A stretch of 64,000 nucleotides of DNA from the human T2T-CHM13v2.0 reference genome, Homo sapiens (GCF_009914755.1 NC_060938.1); one strand, 5' to 3'; counted from the stretch's first letter, positions 26,800 to 43,029 are shown. Notes: generated from the letters alone by a model not told the origin. A program made the numbers and translations.

Positions 26800-26910
26800 T
26801 TAGACAATATTGGCTTAGAAAGTAGACTATGAAAGTAGACAATATTGGCTTACAGAGTAGACTAATCACTGTTTAGTCTACAGAAAGTAGACTAATCACT
26901 ACTTAGAAAG
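26800..26910. repeat. Complex short tandem/inverted repeat cluster
   Basis: tagacaatattggctta x2, agtagactaatcact x2, aaagtagac x3, plus an inverted copy ttagtctac. Confidence 0.85.
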
Positions 26911-26993
26911 TGTGATTATTGGTTAACTCTTGGTTGTTTATGTTTTTGATACAAGTTATTCCAAAGCCTCTGATTCTCATTTGGAGATACACC

Positions 26994-27500
26994 CTGAACA
27001 AGACAGCCTTACTATCCCCCTCAGCTTGATTTAAGCTCACGTTTCTTCCTAGCTGTAGATCCCTGGTCTCCCCTTTCTTCGAGTATTTACTTTGGAAGGC
27101 TTTCAATTTAACATTCTTTCTCTGCCCTTTTGAGATGTAAATCTTCTGCTAGCCTCTTGCCAGTTTTGCAACCCTGCTATGTATTTCTCAAGGACCCGGG
27201 AGTCATCCTTTTGAAATGTAATTATTTCAATTACTGTGAAAGAGTCCTTCACTCCCAATGTCTCTGGGAGGGTAGGATGCTAACTTGTCTCAGTGCCGCT
27301 TAGCAGCACAGATGGCCTAATCGCATGGACCAACCTCCTCACAAACAGTCACCAGTGCTTTTCCACTTGCTCATCCCAGCACTTAAAAACCCTGCTGCCT
27401 TTCAGAGGAGTTGAGTTCAATTTCTCTCCCCTATTGCAATAGAACTGAGGAAAGTCTTCCTTGCCTGCTTAACTCCATCTGCTGCAATTTTTCTTTGGAA
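26994..27500 (+). mobile_element. MER67-like ERV1 solo LTR
   Basis: ccccctcagcttga...attctttctctgcccttttgagatgtaaatcttct...ctcaaggacccgggagtcatccttttgaaatgtaa...cacagatggcctaatc. Confidence 0.75.
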
Positions 27501-27807
27501 ACCCCTACCCACTTTCAGTGCCCAAAGCCCAGGTAGAGCGACTTCAAAGGAAACTGAGAAATAGAGGGAAACACTGGAGAGCCTGGTGATATTTCTACCC
27601 TTCTATCAAGCCATGGCTGAAGCGAGAACTACTTCTGGACTTTTTATATGTGGAAGCCATCTATTTCTTTTTTTTTTTTTTCCTGAATCCAATTATGATT
27701 GAGAGGCTCTGTGTTTGCTTTTGTCTTGTTTTTATTTTGATTTTCACATCTTCAAAACAAAGTATCCAAATTGTCATAGTTGGTTAACAAGTAAAGAAAC
27801 CTGCAGA

Positions 27808-28121
27808 GGCCGGGTGCGGTGGCTCATGCCTGAAATCCCAGCACTTTGGGAGGCTGAGGTTGGTGGATCACCTGAGGTCAGGAGTTTGAGACCAATCTGG
27901 CCAACATGGCAAAACCCTGTCTCTACCAAAAAAGACAAAAATTAGCCAGGTGTGGTGGTGCACACCTGTAGTCCCAGCTACTTGGGAGGCTGAAGCATGA
28001 GAATCACTTGAACCCGGGAGGCAGAGGTTTCAGAGAGCTGAGATCATGCCACTGCATTCCAGCCTGGGCAACAGAGGGAGACTCCATCAAAAAAAAAAAG
28101 GAAAGAATGAAGGAAAAAGAA
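27808..28121 (+). mobile_element. AluSx-like
   Basis: Full Alu; TSD aaagaaacctgcag. Confidence 0.95.
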
Positions 28122-28448
28122 AAAGAAACCTGCAGCAGAGCCACAATTCTCACTTGTGGGGAGATTGAATATAAAAATTTGCACTGAGAGATTGAAAATA
28201 AAATTGTGCACTTGGGCCCTTGTTTATGTGTTATAGCCTGTCCTCCATCACCCTGCGGAGTCTTCTCTTGTCTCCTACACGGATAAACGAGATAAAACAT
28301 TAATTCTGTTTGGCTGACACTCAGGACACTTCCTGAACTTGGACCACCCTGGAGAGATCCAGAGTGAGATCTCTTTCTGAGGCAAGGGAAGTTTTCCCAC
28401 AAAGCAGGATGGAGTCCAGGCTGTAATCCTTAAGGAATGAGGTGCTTG

Positions 28449-28767
<319 letters not shown>

Positions 28768-29749
28768 CTAGTTAGAAGGCAGCAAGGTCTTCCAAAGTGT
28801 CCTCACAGCATCCTCAGATCTTAGGTGTCTTCTCATGTTAACATTCAAAAGAAAAGGTCTGCTCTCTCTTTTCATAATTCCCTACGTGAGTGCCTTAAAT
28901 CCCTGGTAAATAAATTTGTATAACTTGTATAGCTTGCGTAAATCTGGCATGTTTGTTTCTAGAAGGCAGGAAGAAAGGGATGGGGTGGCTATATTTCCCA
29001 TCATCCTAGAGTAGGGAAGGGGAGTTAGAGCAGAAAGGGGTACATGTCCTTAGAGGAATGATGAAATTGTTTATGGCAAATAGGCTTTCAGAACTTGGAG
29101 AATATTGAAAGATTCATAAATGTGTGGGAGTGTCCTAGAGAGGCCACAGACAAGCATGGCAATAAAACCAAACCTTCTGGTTCCTCCATGTGTTTAGCAA
29201 ATGTGAAGAGGGGCTATAGTTCAGCCCTGAGTTATAAGTATTAGAGAGTATGAAGGAGATCAGAGCAAAAAGACAAAACCAAACCAAACAAAACATGAAA
29301 TTATTTCAAACAAGTAATTTTGGCTGAAATGGATAATACAAATATGTCAGAAGAAAAATAAAATATTGATTTATAATCCTCTTGATAACATGGATGATGT
29401 TGTTTTATATTGTCCTCTTCCAATTAGCAGATGCCTTCAGAACACAAGGAAAAAGGAAAATTCAGATAATTGTCTGATTTTGCCTGAGGTTTACTAGAAT
29501 CCTAGTTAAATTGTAATTTGTAAGGCAAGCAATGCCAGTTTCCTGCACCCATAAAGACAAACTTAGCACACTCTAGTTTAATTGCCCCTACTTCTGATGA
29601 TTCTCTCTAACCTTTAAATGCAGTGTAGATTTTTTCTCAGATTAAGAAAAATTGTATAACCTGGTGTATGAAAGAAGAAAAAACCCTCCCCCACTATGCC
29701 CCCTTCAACAAAGCACCTTCTACTGCTCTTTTAAAAATAGCTTTAAATT

Positions 29750-30120
29750 AGCAAACGGCAAAACGTGTCACTGAAGTTTAAACTACAATTTTAAAAAGCA
29801 GACCTAAGAATGCTCATATTTAATTATGGCTGCACGTAATTAAGTGTGGCAATCTGGTGATAAAACCTTTAAGTAATGACTCATAAAGAGATAAAAATGG
29901 AGCATGTGTTTAATCAGTTCACAGCCTTCCTCAGAAGCTGGCATCGCTCAGGTGCTAATGAGACACCTGTTGCTGGGGACACCAGAGACAGCATGCAAAT
30001 CAGTCAGGGGACAGAGAAGAGGAGCACTCACTGTCACTGAAGGCACACGGCTTTGCCAAGATGAATGTCAGGAGGCTTAAGCTCTGATAAGATATTTAAA
30101 TAAAAGCATCCAAGCAATTC
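29750..30120. promoter_or_regulatory. Candidate distal enhancer (unique, motif-dense)
   Basis: TAATTA (29821, 29837), AP-1 TGACTCA (29877), GATA sites (29858, 29889), paired E-boxes CAGGTG/CACCTG (29949, 29964), octamer ATGCAAAT (29993). Motif evidence only. Confidence 0.35.
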
Positions 30121-31837
30121 AGTACTTTTTTAAGTAGGGAAAAAAGAGGGACAGAAGGGAAAAAAAGAAACAAATTTCTTCTATTTAACTTATAAATTGT
30201 GGAAAATTGTTTAAATTTTTAGGTCATAATGTATTCAAGTTTTTAATTGGTAATATTTGCAAAATTTCTTTTCTTCTTTTTTCCAGCAATTGTGTGTGTG
30301 TGTGCATTCAAAAATGTTATTTATACTGTGTATTTGGGTTTTCATTCCTTTCTGCAATGTTAAGGGATTATTTTCTCTATTCTCCAAAATTGAAGTGAAT
30401 TATTTCTATGACAATAGAAAAAGAAACTTACCTTTTAGTCTCTATACGTGGGTTATACTCTTTTTTCTGGCTAGGTTGTGTGTCACATCAGATGTTAAGA
30501 GATATGACTATGTACATTTCTTCCATCTCAGAAAGGAGAAATGGGGTGTTAATATCTGGTTCCCTATAGAACCTTAACAATGTATTAGAATTTGACAAAC
30601 CTAATGGCCCAATGATGAGAAATGAAGATGAGACTCTTACTCCTGAAAGGAGAAGTGTATGCTTGCTAACACTTCCTTCCCTAGAGAGCTTTAGATTTGT
30701 CACAGAACAACCTTCTTCACTCTTAGAATTATTCTCCATGGCCTATTCAACCCTTGGCTATAAGCAGAAACCACCACCAAGGAGCTATTTGGCACTGAGT
30801 TTAAATAAACACACGCTATATTAAAACAGACTTTAACAACATCTCAGAAGGATGCTTTGCTATTTCTGGAAATGGAAATTGCTCATGAGTTTCATGATGT
30901 ATCAGAAGTTTTGGAAGTTTGAAGTTAAAGTGCAATATGTAGACCTTTATTAAACATATGCAGCGAATAAAACTAAACCAAAAGCAAAAGAGCAATGTAT
31001 AATCCTTTTTGCGGCACGACAAGTACAGTAAAATATTTGGAAAGAAGAAGACTGATTGAAAGTTTACACTGGCTAAATGTGAATCAGAGAAGTCACAATA
31101 CTGATGATAATGGTTCCACACTGAGCAATTTTCTTGCAAATTTGGATAGCACAAACTAGCATGTGTCATACCTCAGCAAGAGGAACTCAAGCAACTTCAA
31201 CAAAGAATGCTTGTTCTAAACACAGTGCTTTTGTAGCCAAGATAAATGGGACAGGTCTCAAATGCCAAATTTGATACCCCCAAACTCCCAAGCCCTCAAA
31301 AAGCCAGGAGAGATTATTCGGGCAAGAAAGTGAATTATTATTTTATAGATGATATGATTAATAAATCTATCAGACAATTATTCAACCTTCCATTTAATTT
31401 TGACTTTCTAGGTGTGCATGGCTTTATGAAAATATTTCAAATGTCTACATTTTTAAAAAGCAAATGAATGAAGTTCTTATTGCCTGTGTAAATTTTGTAA
31501 AAGTCTTGACTTCAGAAAATATTAACTTTATATACTAAATAACTTACTTTCATACTCCCATATATGAAATGGTTTAGGTTTACATAAAATTTGTATAAAA
31601 TTTTGTAAAAATTCACAATGAACTGTTTACATATAAGTCTTCAGGGAAACACTATGTAATGTAACATCAACTTGAAGAGAAATCTAAATGTGATACACGC
31701 ACGTTGTATATATCTCATAGTTTTGTATTTATTTTATATTTTTGCATCAATTGTATTTTATGCTAATACATTTTATTTCTACTAGAGAATTGTATGGATG
31801 GCATTTAGCAACTGACTCCTTTTGGCCAATGATACAT

Positions 31838-32798
<961 letters not shown>

Positions 32799-34027
32799 TT
32801 AACAGACCTTTACAGAAAAGCGTGGGGAGGAGAATGAAAAAAAAAAAAAATACGGAGAGTAGAGGGAAGAAAAAGAGGGTGGATTACCTGGTGCATTTGT
32901 TTCTAAGCAAATCTGCTGATTTTCAAGAGGTTTGCTCTAGATTTCAAGTCTGAAATTTTATAGAATTGAGAAGTCTGGAATTAAGAAAAACGGTATAATC
33001 AATGTGATTTTGAAAGGATATGCATTTTGGGGCATGTCTGTCAAGCCTGAATCATTTCACCAGGGGATTTTTCAGCAGGCAGCCTTGCCTTTCTTTATTG
33101 CTAAAAGTCTGTCTACACTGGTGGGAAGCAGCAGCCAAGACATGCCAGTTCTACTTACTTCAAGTACTGTTAGAGGGATTGCCACCTTTTCCTGTGAAGG
33201 CATCTGTGGAAAGAGGGATCTCTTGAAGACAAAATTCTCTTCTTGGGTTATGTTAGAAGCATAGGAGGGTGGTTTAAAGGATTGCTTTTACTGTGTTTCT
33301 TTTTTCACTGCATCTCAGAGTTTTGCATTGTAAATTATGATTTGTACTTTCTCAAAGACCAGTTGCATAATCTCTCACTTTCTTTTTCTAGTTGCAGATT
33401 CTTGCTCAGGCACTCTCTTCATAGGTAAAGTTTACATTTTAGTGGTCTATTGGCCACACTTAAAAAAATAAGAGTTTGTTCTTTCTCATTAAGAAGTATA
33501 CACCTTTACTTTAGTATTTTATATTTCTTACATTAGTTATACAGTATTTTGTTTTGTACTTTATTTCATAATGGTTGACATAAATGAGTTTCTGAAAATA
33601 ACAGAACTGTTGAGCTTCTAAACATAACATATTGTGGTTTCTATTGGATATATTTGTGATAGATTTTCTCCTTTTGCTTTCCTTCTCATGAAAATTAATT
33701 TTCCTTTTTTAATCCCGAATCACTCACAGTTTATATGGATACAATGAAAATTTTGTTTGTCTTTTTGAAAGTAAGACATTAAAAAAATCATAACCCCACT
33801 TACCAAATATGATTATACTGAAAAACCACAACAAATATCTAAAACATCTATTTTTAAAATTTTGAAGAAAATTTCAAATTTCACCTCTAATACATTTCTG
33901 TGAAACAAAAATGGCATGTATTGGTATCTCTAATTATTTTATTTTTTAAAATAAGTAATTACTTTATAAGTGGGAGTTCTAACCAATCAATTCTCAATTA
34001 ATTAATCTAATCTATTATGTTTGGACT

Positions 34028-34408
34028 TGATATGGTTTCGCTCTGTGGTCCCATCCCAATGTCATCTCAAATTGTAATCCCTGAAATCTCCACAAGTCAA
34101 TGGAGGGACCCAGTGGGAAGTGGTTGGATCATAGGGGGTGATTTCCCCCATGCTGTTCTCATGATAGTGAGTGAGTTGTCAGGAGATCTGATGGTTTTAT
34201 AAGGCAGTTTTCCCTGCTCTTACATGCTCTTCTGTCTCCTGCTGCCATTTGAAGGAGGTACTTGCTTTTCCTTTGCCTTCTGCCATGATCATATAAGTTT
34301 CCTGAGGCCTCCCCAGCCATGTGGAACTGTGAGTCAATTAAGCCTCTTTCTCTTATAAATTACCAGTCTCAGGTATTTCTTATAGCAGTGTTAGAATAGA
34401 CTAATACA
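34028..34408 (+). mobile_element. THE1D-like MaLR solo LTR
   Basis: tgatatggttt...ccatgctgttctcatgatagtgagtgag...aagtttcctgaggcctccccagccatg...gactaataca; TSD ggact/ggtct. Confidence 0.88.
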
Positions 34409-35609
34409 GGTCTGTGCACTAAACTGTTTATAATTCTTAATTCAACTATTTTAATCAATGCTTAAATAATTGTAAAAAAAAAAAAGAAAAAACCTTTTAT
34501 TGGAACCTATAGTTATTATTTGCGTGTCACCCATAAATAGCTGATGCCTACTCAGATTTCAGAATTACTTATGCATTTTGGGGGCAATAGGGGATGGAAG
34601 TGGGTACACCCTTATTCTTATTAGTGTATTTGAATCCCTCTCTCTTTTTTTTTGTCTTTAAGACAAAAATGTAAATATTGCCATTGACCAAGGATGTGAT
34701 TAAGAATATACTTCCTGTATTTTATGTAATTCTTTCAGAATTCATACCACTTTTATTCATGCTCTCTCTTTGAATAACCCTTGCCTTTATTAGTAGTAGA
34801 CTATAAGGGAAAATCATTGTTTAGTATTATATCTCTGATATAATTAAGTTCCTACTTTTCAAGAATACTGTTTCATAAAATTAAGTGCTTAATCAACTAG
34901 TGTTTTGACTACTTTAGATTTAAGCAGCAAACTGAAGAATTGATTTAGAATTTCATTTGGCTCATGAATGGGTTTTCTTTCTCTCATCACTAAAAAATAG
35001 TCACTCCTTGGCAATCATTACCCAAGCTCAGTGACCAGACTTTCATTCCTGGTCACCCTACCAGGTAGTTAGATTTGTTTGTTCAGGCATATGATGCACC
35101 ACATTGATGCACTGCCTGTTGTTTAGACCAAAGATAGTCAATGCTTTCTACTCTTTTCAAGCCTCATTAGATGCTTGTAATCCTAGTTAGTCAACTAAAA
35201 GACAGTCTTCTTTTCTTTAATTAATAACTATAACAGTCTGCATCCCAATCTTTAAATTCTATAAATATTTAAGATGTATAATAAATAAGGATGTATGTAA
35301 GAATCTTCTCAAATATATATGTAATTATTGCATAGATTTATTAGAATTTCAAAACTGAATGTGAACTAATTCATTTTTGCTAATGATATAAACTGTATGG
35401 ATTTTCCAGTGACAGACTGCTCAGGGATCCAGACAGAAGCAGAATCATTTCTGTGTAATTCTAGACAGTGATTTTCAACAACAAAGCTTTGTTATCTTAA
35501 TTTACATGTGGGGTTGGGAGAGGGATGTGGAACTGTCTGTTTGTGTTTTGTGGGCGTGGCTTTGTGTGAAATGCAGAGCAAAATGAGAGGATGAATAAAA
35601 TTACTACAG

Positions 35610-35907
<298 letters not shown>

Positions 35908-36572
35908 TTACTACAGGATTAAACATTTATAAGGATTCTTGTGAAGATATTATGTTATGGCATTATTACAATTATTTTCATACTCTTTCAAAACAATTTT
36001 AGAAAGTGGCAGATTGAACATTTGTTCTCAGTGAGTATCACTGTATCTAGTACCATGGATACATACAACGTGCAAAATAAATTATCATTTAATAAATTAA
36101 TGAGAAGAGGAAGAGAAAGGGATTTCTGGCTGAGAAGACAACAATAAGGTGAGGAAGAGTTTGTGTGTTGGGGAATAGTGAATAATACCATATGATTGAT
36201 CCATAAAGAAAGGGAGATGAGCTGGAATAGCAGGTAAGTTTGGTCTAGATCCCTGTGCATCTTCCATTTCCATGCTAAGCTGTTGCATCTTGTTTCTGTT
36301 CTCACACATAGAGCTATTCATTATCACTGAGAAAGATCATGACTTCTCTCAGGTTTTAGAAAAAAAAAAAAAAGGCAATGTTTGTACAGTAAAAGAGAGT
36401 TTGAAATGATAAGAGGCAAAATCTTTAACTATACATGTGATGGTTTTTCTGCTTTATTTAGTCTATTTCCTGCCACATTTCTTCCTTTATTTTCTTTCCT
36501 TTTACCATCTTTCCTCCAAATAAGTAAAAAAAAAACATTACTTCTATTTGGCTCCCGCATTTAAGCAGCTGA

Positions 36573-37007
<435 letters not shown>

Positions 37008-37999
37008 CACATTTCTTTTATATTTCCTTCTCTTCTTTCCATTGCTCTCACTCTCTTCCTTCCACCAGGCCCTCTTGTTCTTCATCACATTCTCCCCAGT
37101 TTGACCCTCCAACTTTGGCTGAGAAACTTTTGGTTCTTCCTTCTGCTCTCTCCTGCTTAAGCTGATTTAACACACATCTTGCTAAGCCCTTCAACTCCCC
37201 CTCTACTGACTGCTCCTTCTTCTGCCCATTCTCCATTTCTCCATCATAAAAGCCCAGAAACTTCTCTGGTAAAGATCAAACAATCCTTAAAGGCTGAGAA
37301 AAATGAGGAGAGAGTATATTCTCCAGCTACAGGCTTTGGAGGAGGAGAACCGAGAACATTTATACATAAATTAGGTTTGATGTGATGGTGGTTTAGTTTT
37401 AAAAAAGTCTTTTATTTCCCCCCAAGACTTATTTATGCCTTTATGGTCCTTCTTCTTCTGCTTAAAATAACACCATTCTGGCAAAATACTGATATTTGCC
37501 TTTTGCCAAGACATGAAAGGGTTAGGATACAATTAAGTGAAAAAAGAAAAAAAGACCCTGAGTTACAGAACTGTTTGTGTTGTTGCTCAGTTTGTTATGT
37601 TTAATGCGTGGAGGGATTTTTGGTGGCTATTTATGAAAACAGAATTATTCCAAATGGAGTTAATATGAACATCCGTATCCATGATTTTGATATTCCTCAT
37701 AAGCTGAGAAAAGTTGGGCCTTATGAGTAACTGAATGAGCCTCTAGAGACGTATGTAGACGATGGCTTTATAAAGTGGTTTGGATGATGACTCGGGTGGA
37801 ATGCTGCCTCCAATTTCAGGCCCATTATGGCTCAGGGGCAATGATAATGTGCACATAAAAGCTACAGATTGTTCCAGAATGGGTACTATAAAGACAGCCT
37901 TTTCCTAATCATGTCACCATTTGTGTCTGATGGCTTGGATTACAGCCTGGATGTTCAAAGGCAAGACTATAAATGGAAAATATTGAAAAGTATGTCATC

Positions 38000-38360
38000 A
38001 TAAGCCAGAGCGATCTTTAAAAAATGGTAATCAAATCACCCCAATTCCCAACATAAAAACCCTCAATAGCTTCCAGGGCATTTAAGAAAACATCCTTCAA
38101 CCTGGATTTAAAAATCCTGTGCGACTTGGCTCTTCTCTGCCTCTTCAGGGCCATCTCCTCCAGGTCTCACCCTTCACATACCAGATCCTCACAGCCTTTT
38201 ATCTGGTGCTAATAGTTGCCAAGTTCATTCCTGCTTTATGACCCTGCATTGCATTCCCTCTGTCTGAAATGTTTTCTCAAATAATCTTCCCAAGAGGATT
38301 GGATTGGTTTTCTCATTAGGGTCTTAGGTATTTGTTATCATCTGCTTAACACATCCTCAA
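38000..38360 (+). mobile_element. L2 remnant
   Basis: agccagagcgatctttaaaaa...aaccctcaatagcttcc...ttccctctgtctgaaatgtttt. Confidence 0.6.
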
Positions 38361-39237
38361 GCAATTTCTTATTTGTTGATCTCTCTGCTCCCCTCCCAAC
38401 CTCCCCCACACACTCCCTCATCCATGAATCTACCTTTTCTCCCATCTCTGAATCTATCTTAGTCATGATCAAAAAATAAAAACAGTCTTCTGGGAATACA
38501 TGCCCTTTTCTTCATTTTTGCATGAGTCTGGGAGTATAAAACTGATCAAACAAGACATTTTAATATTTTGTAATGTGCTTTAAATTCTAAGTAGGACTTC
38601 TGAGCAATGTAGTTTTATCTTGTTCTCCCTAGAATAGTGCAACAAAGCTGTGCCAACAAATGAATTCCCTGGACTGACCCTGACATTTCTTCCTAAACCT
38701 CTGTTTTCTCAGGATGTCAATTGCACACTGCACAGATGCCATGACCTAAGATAGCCAGAGTGAGGGCCTGCACCTGCCCCGGGTCCTCTGTCCGGAAATG
38801 GTTTAATCCTTACCTGCTCCTGCAGTTGTTTTGTTTTCTTCCAATCTCTGTGATAAGTACAGCAGCTTGTCCCCGCCCCCACCAACCACTGAGGGAACAT
38901 CTAACTATTAGTCTAAAAGAAGATGCTAAGGAAATTAGCATCTGGTTTCATTTTAAATCTTTCTTTATCTGAATTTGCAGGGAAGACATGCTTATGGCCA
39001 GAGTGAAAGCACAGTAAGAATCAAACTCAGGATAAAAATAATAAATACATAAAACAGGTTTGGTATTACGGTGGTTTAGTTAAAAAAAAAAACTTTTATT
39101 TTCCCCAAGACCCAGTTTGATATTATGGCTTGTTTTCATTTACCTCCATTAATAAATGTGTTCTATATTATAAAATAAATTTGGTAGAGAATGGAATATC
39201 CATGAACACACACGGATATGCATATGAAATTTTAATT

Positions 39238-39563
<326 letters not shown>

Positions 39564-40579
39564 GAAATTTTAATTGATAGGGTCACAGCCAGAAAAAGAA
39601 AAGGAAGAAGAGCATTTATAATTTTTTTCCCTCAACCATCCATTCTAGCATCTTGGTATTTTCTTTTTTTTTCCTGCCAGTGTTTTTTAACTCAGCAACT
39701 TAAAAAAGTAATTAATGGCATATTAAAAATACCTTTTAGCATTTTTCTATTTAATATTCAGGATTTTTATCTTCTCATGTATTGTAATAATTTTAATGAC
39801 TATTATTTTTAAATACTTCAGTATTTCTTCAAGTAGGATACATGTTCTCAATTACTCCTCAATTAATATTACCATTTTATTTCCAAATAGCTTTTAACTT
39901 TTCATTGGTCAGCTTATTTTCTAAACATCATGATTATATATTTAATTTAAATGTATAGAAAATATTAGCCCTAAGAGGAAAAATTCATATATAGACCTGA
40001 AGGTATTTTATTTGAGATTCTAGGAATAAAAATGGTCATTGAAACTTGAGTAGTGATCATTTTGCTATCAAATCTTATAAAGTTGCTCTGATATCAAAAT
40101 GCCATAATACAGCAGTATATATACAGAGAGGAAAGAAATTTTTCTAAGAAAAATCAGTACTCCCACTCTCAGAAATATAAAAAGATTCACTTTACAAGTC
40201 TCTTCTTATGTTTAAGAGATCTTGAGAAAGCTGATAAATCATATACTCAAACAAATAACCTTCCTTTGTTAAGGAAGGTTACATGATCTTGGGTCAAATT
40301 ATTGTTAGTGCTGACCTAACCCCAAGACAAAAAGAATTAAACTGTGGGTCACTTTCAGCCTATGATGTTTTTATTTTCTTAATTGAATTCATTGTGAACA
40401 TTTCATGTGAGTTTTAGTGAAAAAAAAATCTGGAGTTTCAGCATTTCTAGAAATACTACATTCTGAAGCAATATTGCATTTGTGTTTTTCCTTTGTAACA
40501 AACTGCTGGGGCTGAGTGGAGGCTGCCTCTTAGAAGACCTGTTTGCCCTAATCCTTACCCTCCACATATCTCCTGTATG

Positions 40580-40730
40580 CACTTTATTGAGTTAGAGACC
40601 TTTGATAATCTCCACAGTCCCAATTTTAGAAAGGAGAAAACTGAGGCACAGAGAAAGTAATGAGTTGACTAGATCAAATGGTTAGTCATTGGCAGAGCCG
40701 AGGCAGATTCCAAATTCAAACACTGTCTAA
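40580..40730 (-). mobile_element. MIR remnant
   Basis: attttagaaaggagaaaactgaggcacagagaaagtaatgagttg. Confidence 0.65.
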
Positions 40731-41110
40731 TTTAAATGTTATTTAGAACTTTAGTACTCATGCATAAAATTTATTATTTCAAGTGAGTGTCTGTTGAGCA
40801 TGTACTATGTGTCAGGACCTGTTTTAGGGGGTAGAGGGACAATGATCAACAAGACAGGAGTCATTGGTCTTCTGGAGTTTATGTTATAGGGTCTCGTGGA
40901 TGGACATCAAAAAGGAAATCAATGAACAAATAATAATTCCTGAAGAGGGTAAGCCAGAATTCCAGAGAGGTGAGGAATCAACACCTCCCTCATCCCAGGA
41001 AAGTCTAGCCAACTGTTATGGAAGAGGAGGGCAGAACACGTCAAGGAAGCAATGCTGAGAGTAACTGAGGGTGCTGATAGAGGAGGGTGGTGTTTTGAGA
41101 TGAAAGATCT

Positions 41111-41285
41111 TTTTTCTTTCTCATTTCCTTCCTTTCTTTCTCATTTCCTTCCTTCCTTTCTTTCCTTCTTTCTTCCTTTCCTTTCCTTCCTTTCTTTCTT
41201 TCCTTCCTTTCTTTCTTTTCTTTCTTTCTTTTCTTTCTTTCTTCCTTCCTTCCTTCCTTCCGTCTTTCCTTTCTTTCTTTTTCTC
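41111..41285. repeat. (TTCC/TTTC)n polypyrimidine tract
   Basis: ~175 bp of almost pure C/T tetranucleotide repeat. Confidence 0.95.
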
Positions 41286-41639
41286 CATTGGTTCAAAGAA
41301 AAGAAGTGATTAAGTGTCAAAGAGTAAGGAAGCTAAGATGAAGATTCCTAGAAGCCTTTTTGGTAAGACAAGTTTGCTAGCTCCTTTGCTTACTTTGCTG
41401 CTCTGATTGGTCGTGGTTAATATAATTGTGCGTTTCCTTTTCAATGTACCATCTTGAAGAACAAGGGTTCTTTCAGAGGGTCACCAATCACAGCATGTTT
41501 TTAGTAATGATATTTCAACATTCCAATGTTGCTATTAGTGATGTTTTAGCAATCGAATGAAATGATCAATAAAACAGTGTTCTGCAGCCAAACAAAGTGG
41601 TCGGATGAAATGAGAACAAATGGCGCAGTTGGAGAAAAA

Positions 41640-41890
41640 GGCTATCAAAACTAATATATGATGTTAGAAACAAAGGCCGTTGTTCCCTTTACCTTGGGAA
41701 TATGTAGTGACTGGAACGGAATATACAGGTGCTTTCGAGTGCAGGTAATATTTTGTTTTTTGACATGGCTGCTACTTGCAGAGATGTGTTATATTTCTAA
41801 ATAATCCTTGAAGCTATACATGTAAGATATTGGCATGTTTTTTAATGTAAATTCTTCTTCAGTTAAAAAGTTTAAACAAAAAATAAAAAC
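41640..41890 (+). mobile_element. L1ME 3' terminal remnant
   Basis: gatgttagaa...gtgactggaacgg...ggtaatattttgttttttgacatgg...gctatacat...A-rich end. Confidence 0.55.
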
Positions 41891-42246
41891 TGGCAAGTAA
41901 TACAGACATTATTGAAATGAAAAAAAATCAGGGGAAAAAAGGCTTTTCAATACTTTAAGGAGGTCCCCAAAATGAGTTGACTTTACATAAATGGAGACAT
42001 AGAGAAAGGGTATCCAATGGGAAAGAACAAGGTGACCACAGAGGAAAACTAAGGAACAAATGCCAGGATCAAGAAAGACCCAGGGTAAGTTTGTCAGGAG
42101 ATCTGCTCAACTTGGGACTCTCTAGCCCAGAGCCTGCAAAAATCTTCACTTGGGTTTCACTTGGCAGTCAAAGCCCCAAATCTCAGTGATAGCTGACTTT
42201 TAATTTTGCTTGTTGTTTTATTCACTTATATACCCATCCCCTAGAA

Positions 42247-42431
42247 CAGTGGTTCTTAAACTTGAGCATGCCTCAGAATCACCAGGAGGGCTTGTCAAAA
42301 CATAGATTCCTGGGCTCTGCACAGAGTTTCTTATTTAGTAGGCCTGGGTTGGCGGTCTGAGAATTTCCATTTCCAACAGATTTCCAAGGTGGTGTTGATA
42401 CTGTGTATCTAGAAACCTTTGAGAGCCATTG
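42247..42431. mobile_element. MER5A hAT-Charlie MITE
   Basis: cagtggttcttaaacttgagcatgcctcagaatcaccaggagggcttg...ctttgagagccattg; ctaga flanks. Confidence 0.85.
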
Positions 42432-43029
42432 CCTAGAAGAATATTATTTTCCCTCTCTTCCTTGATCTAGCTCTACCTTACCTTTATGACTCAAAAGAAA
42501 ATCAATAAATTTCCAGATGACCGGAACTTAAAGATTGGTTAATCTCACCCCCATCAAGTCTTCATCACCTAGACTACAATGACACAGTTCCTTTCTCCTT
42601 TTTTCTGTTTATTTAATTTTTGTTAATCCCTCAAGACCTATTTCCAATTGCATAAGGCTTCTACCATTGGAGCAGACTTTAGTGATTCCTTCCTCTGAAT
42701 GTATGCAGCACATATCATAGATGCACAGACAACAATGAACACATGGCCTTTGTAGAATTTTGTCTGCATATCCTTCCTGCTACCAATTATGTTGTCTATA
42801 TACCAATCACACAAACACTCCCCAACACACACATACACACACATACACACACACACGCACGTGCACATGCAGACGCAAGTTTTTCTTGATCTTTACTTGT
42901 ATTTCTATTGGGTGCCAGTCACATGGTTAGTCACATAGCTTATGACACTTTAATTTTTTGCAATGGCCTTTGACAACACTTTAACTTTACATTTTCCCCA
43001 GTGCTGGGCAGACTGACTTTTTTCTAGTA

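Noticed and set aside
26800-26910. CRISPR-like repeat-spacer appearance
   Set aside because: Irregular units with no unique spacers, in a primate genome context.
41400-41495. Two CCAAT boxes suggesting a promoter
   Set aside because: No CpG island or other core-promoter support.
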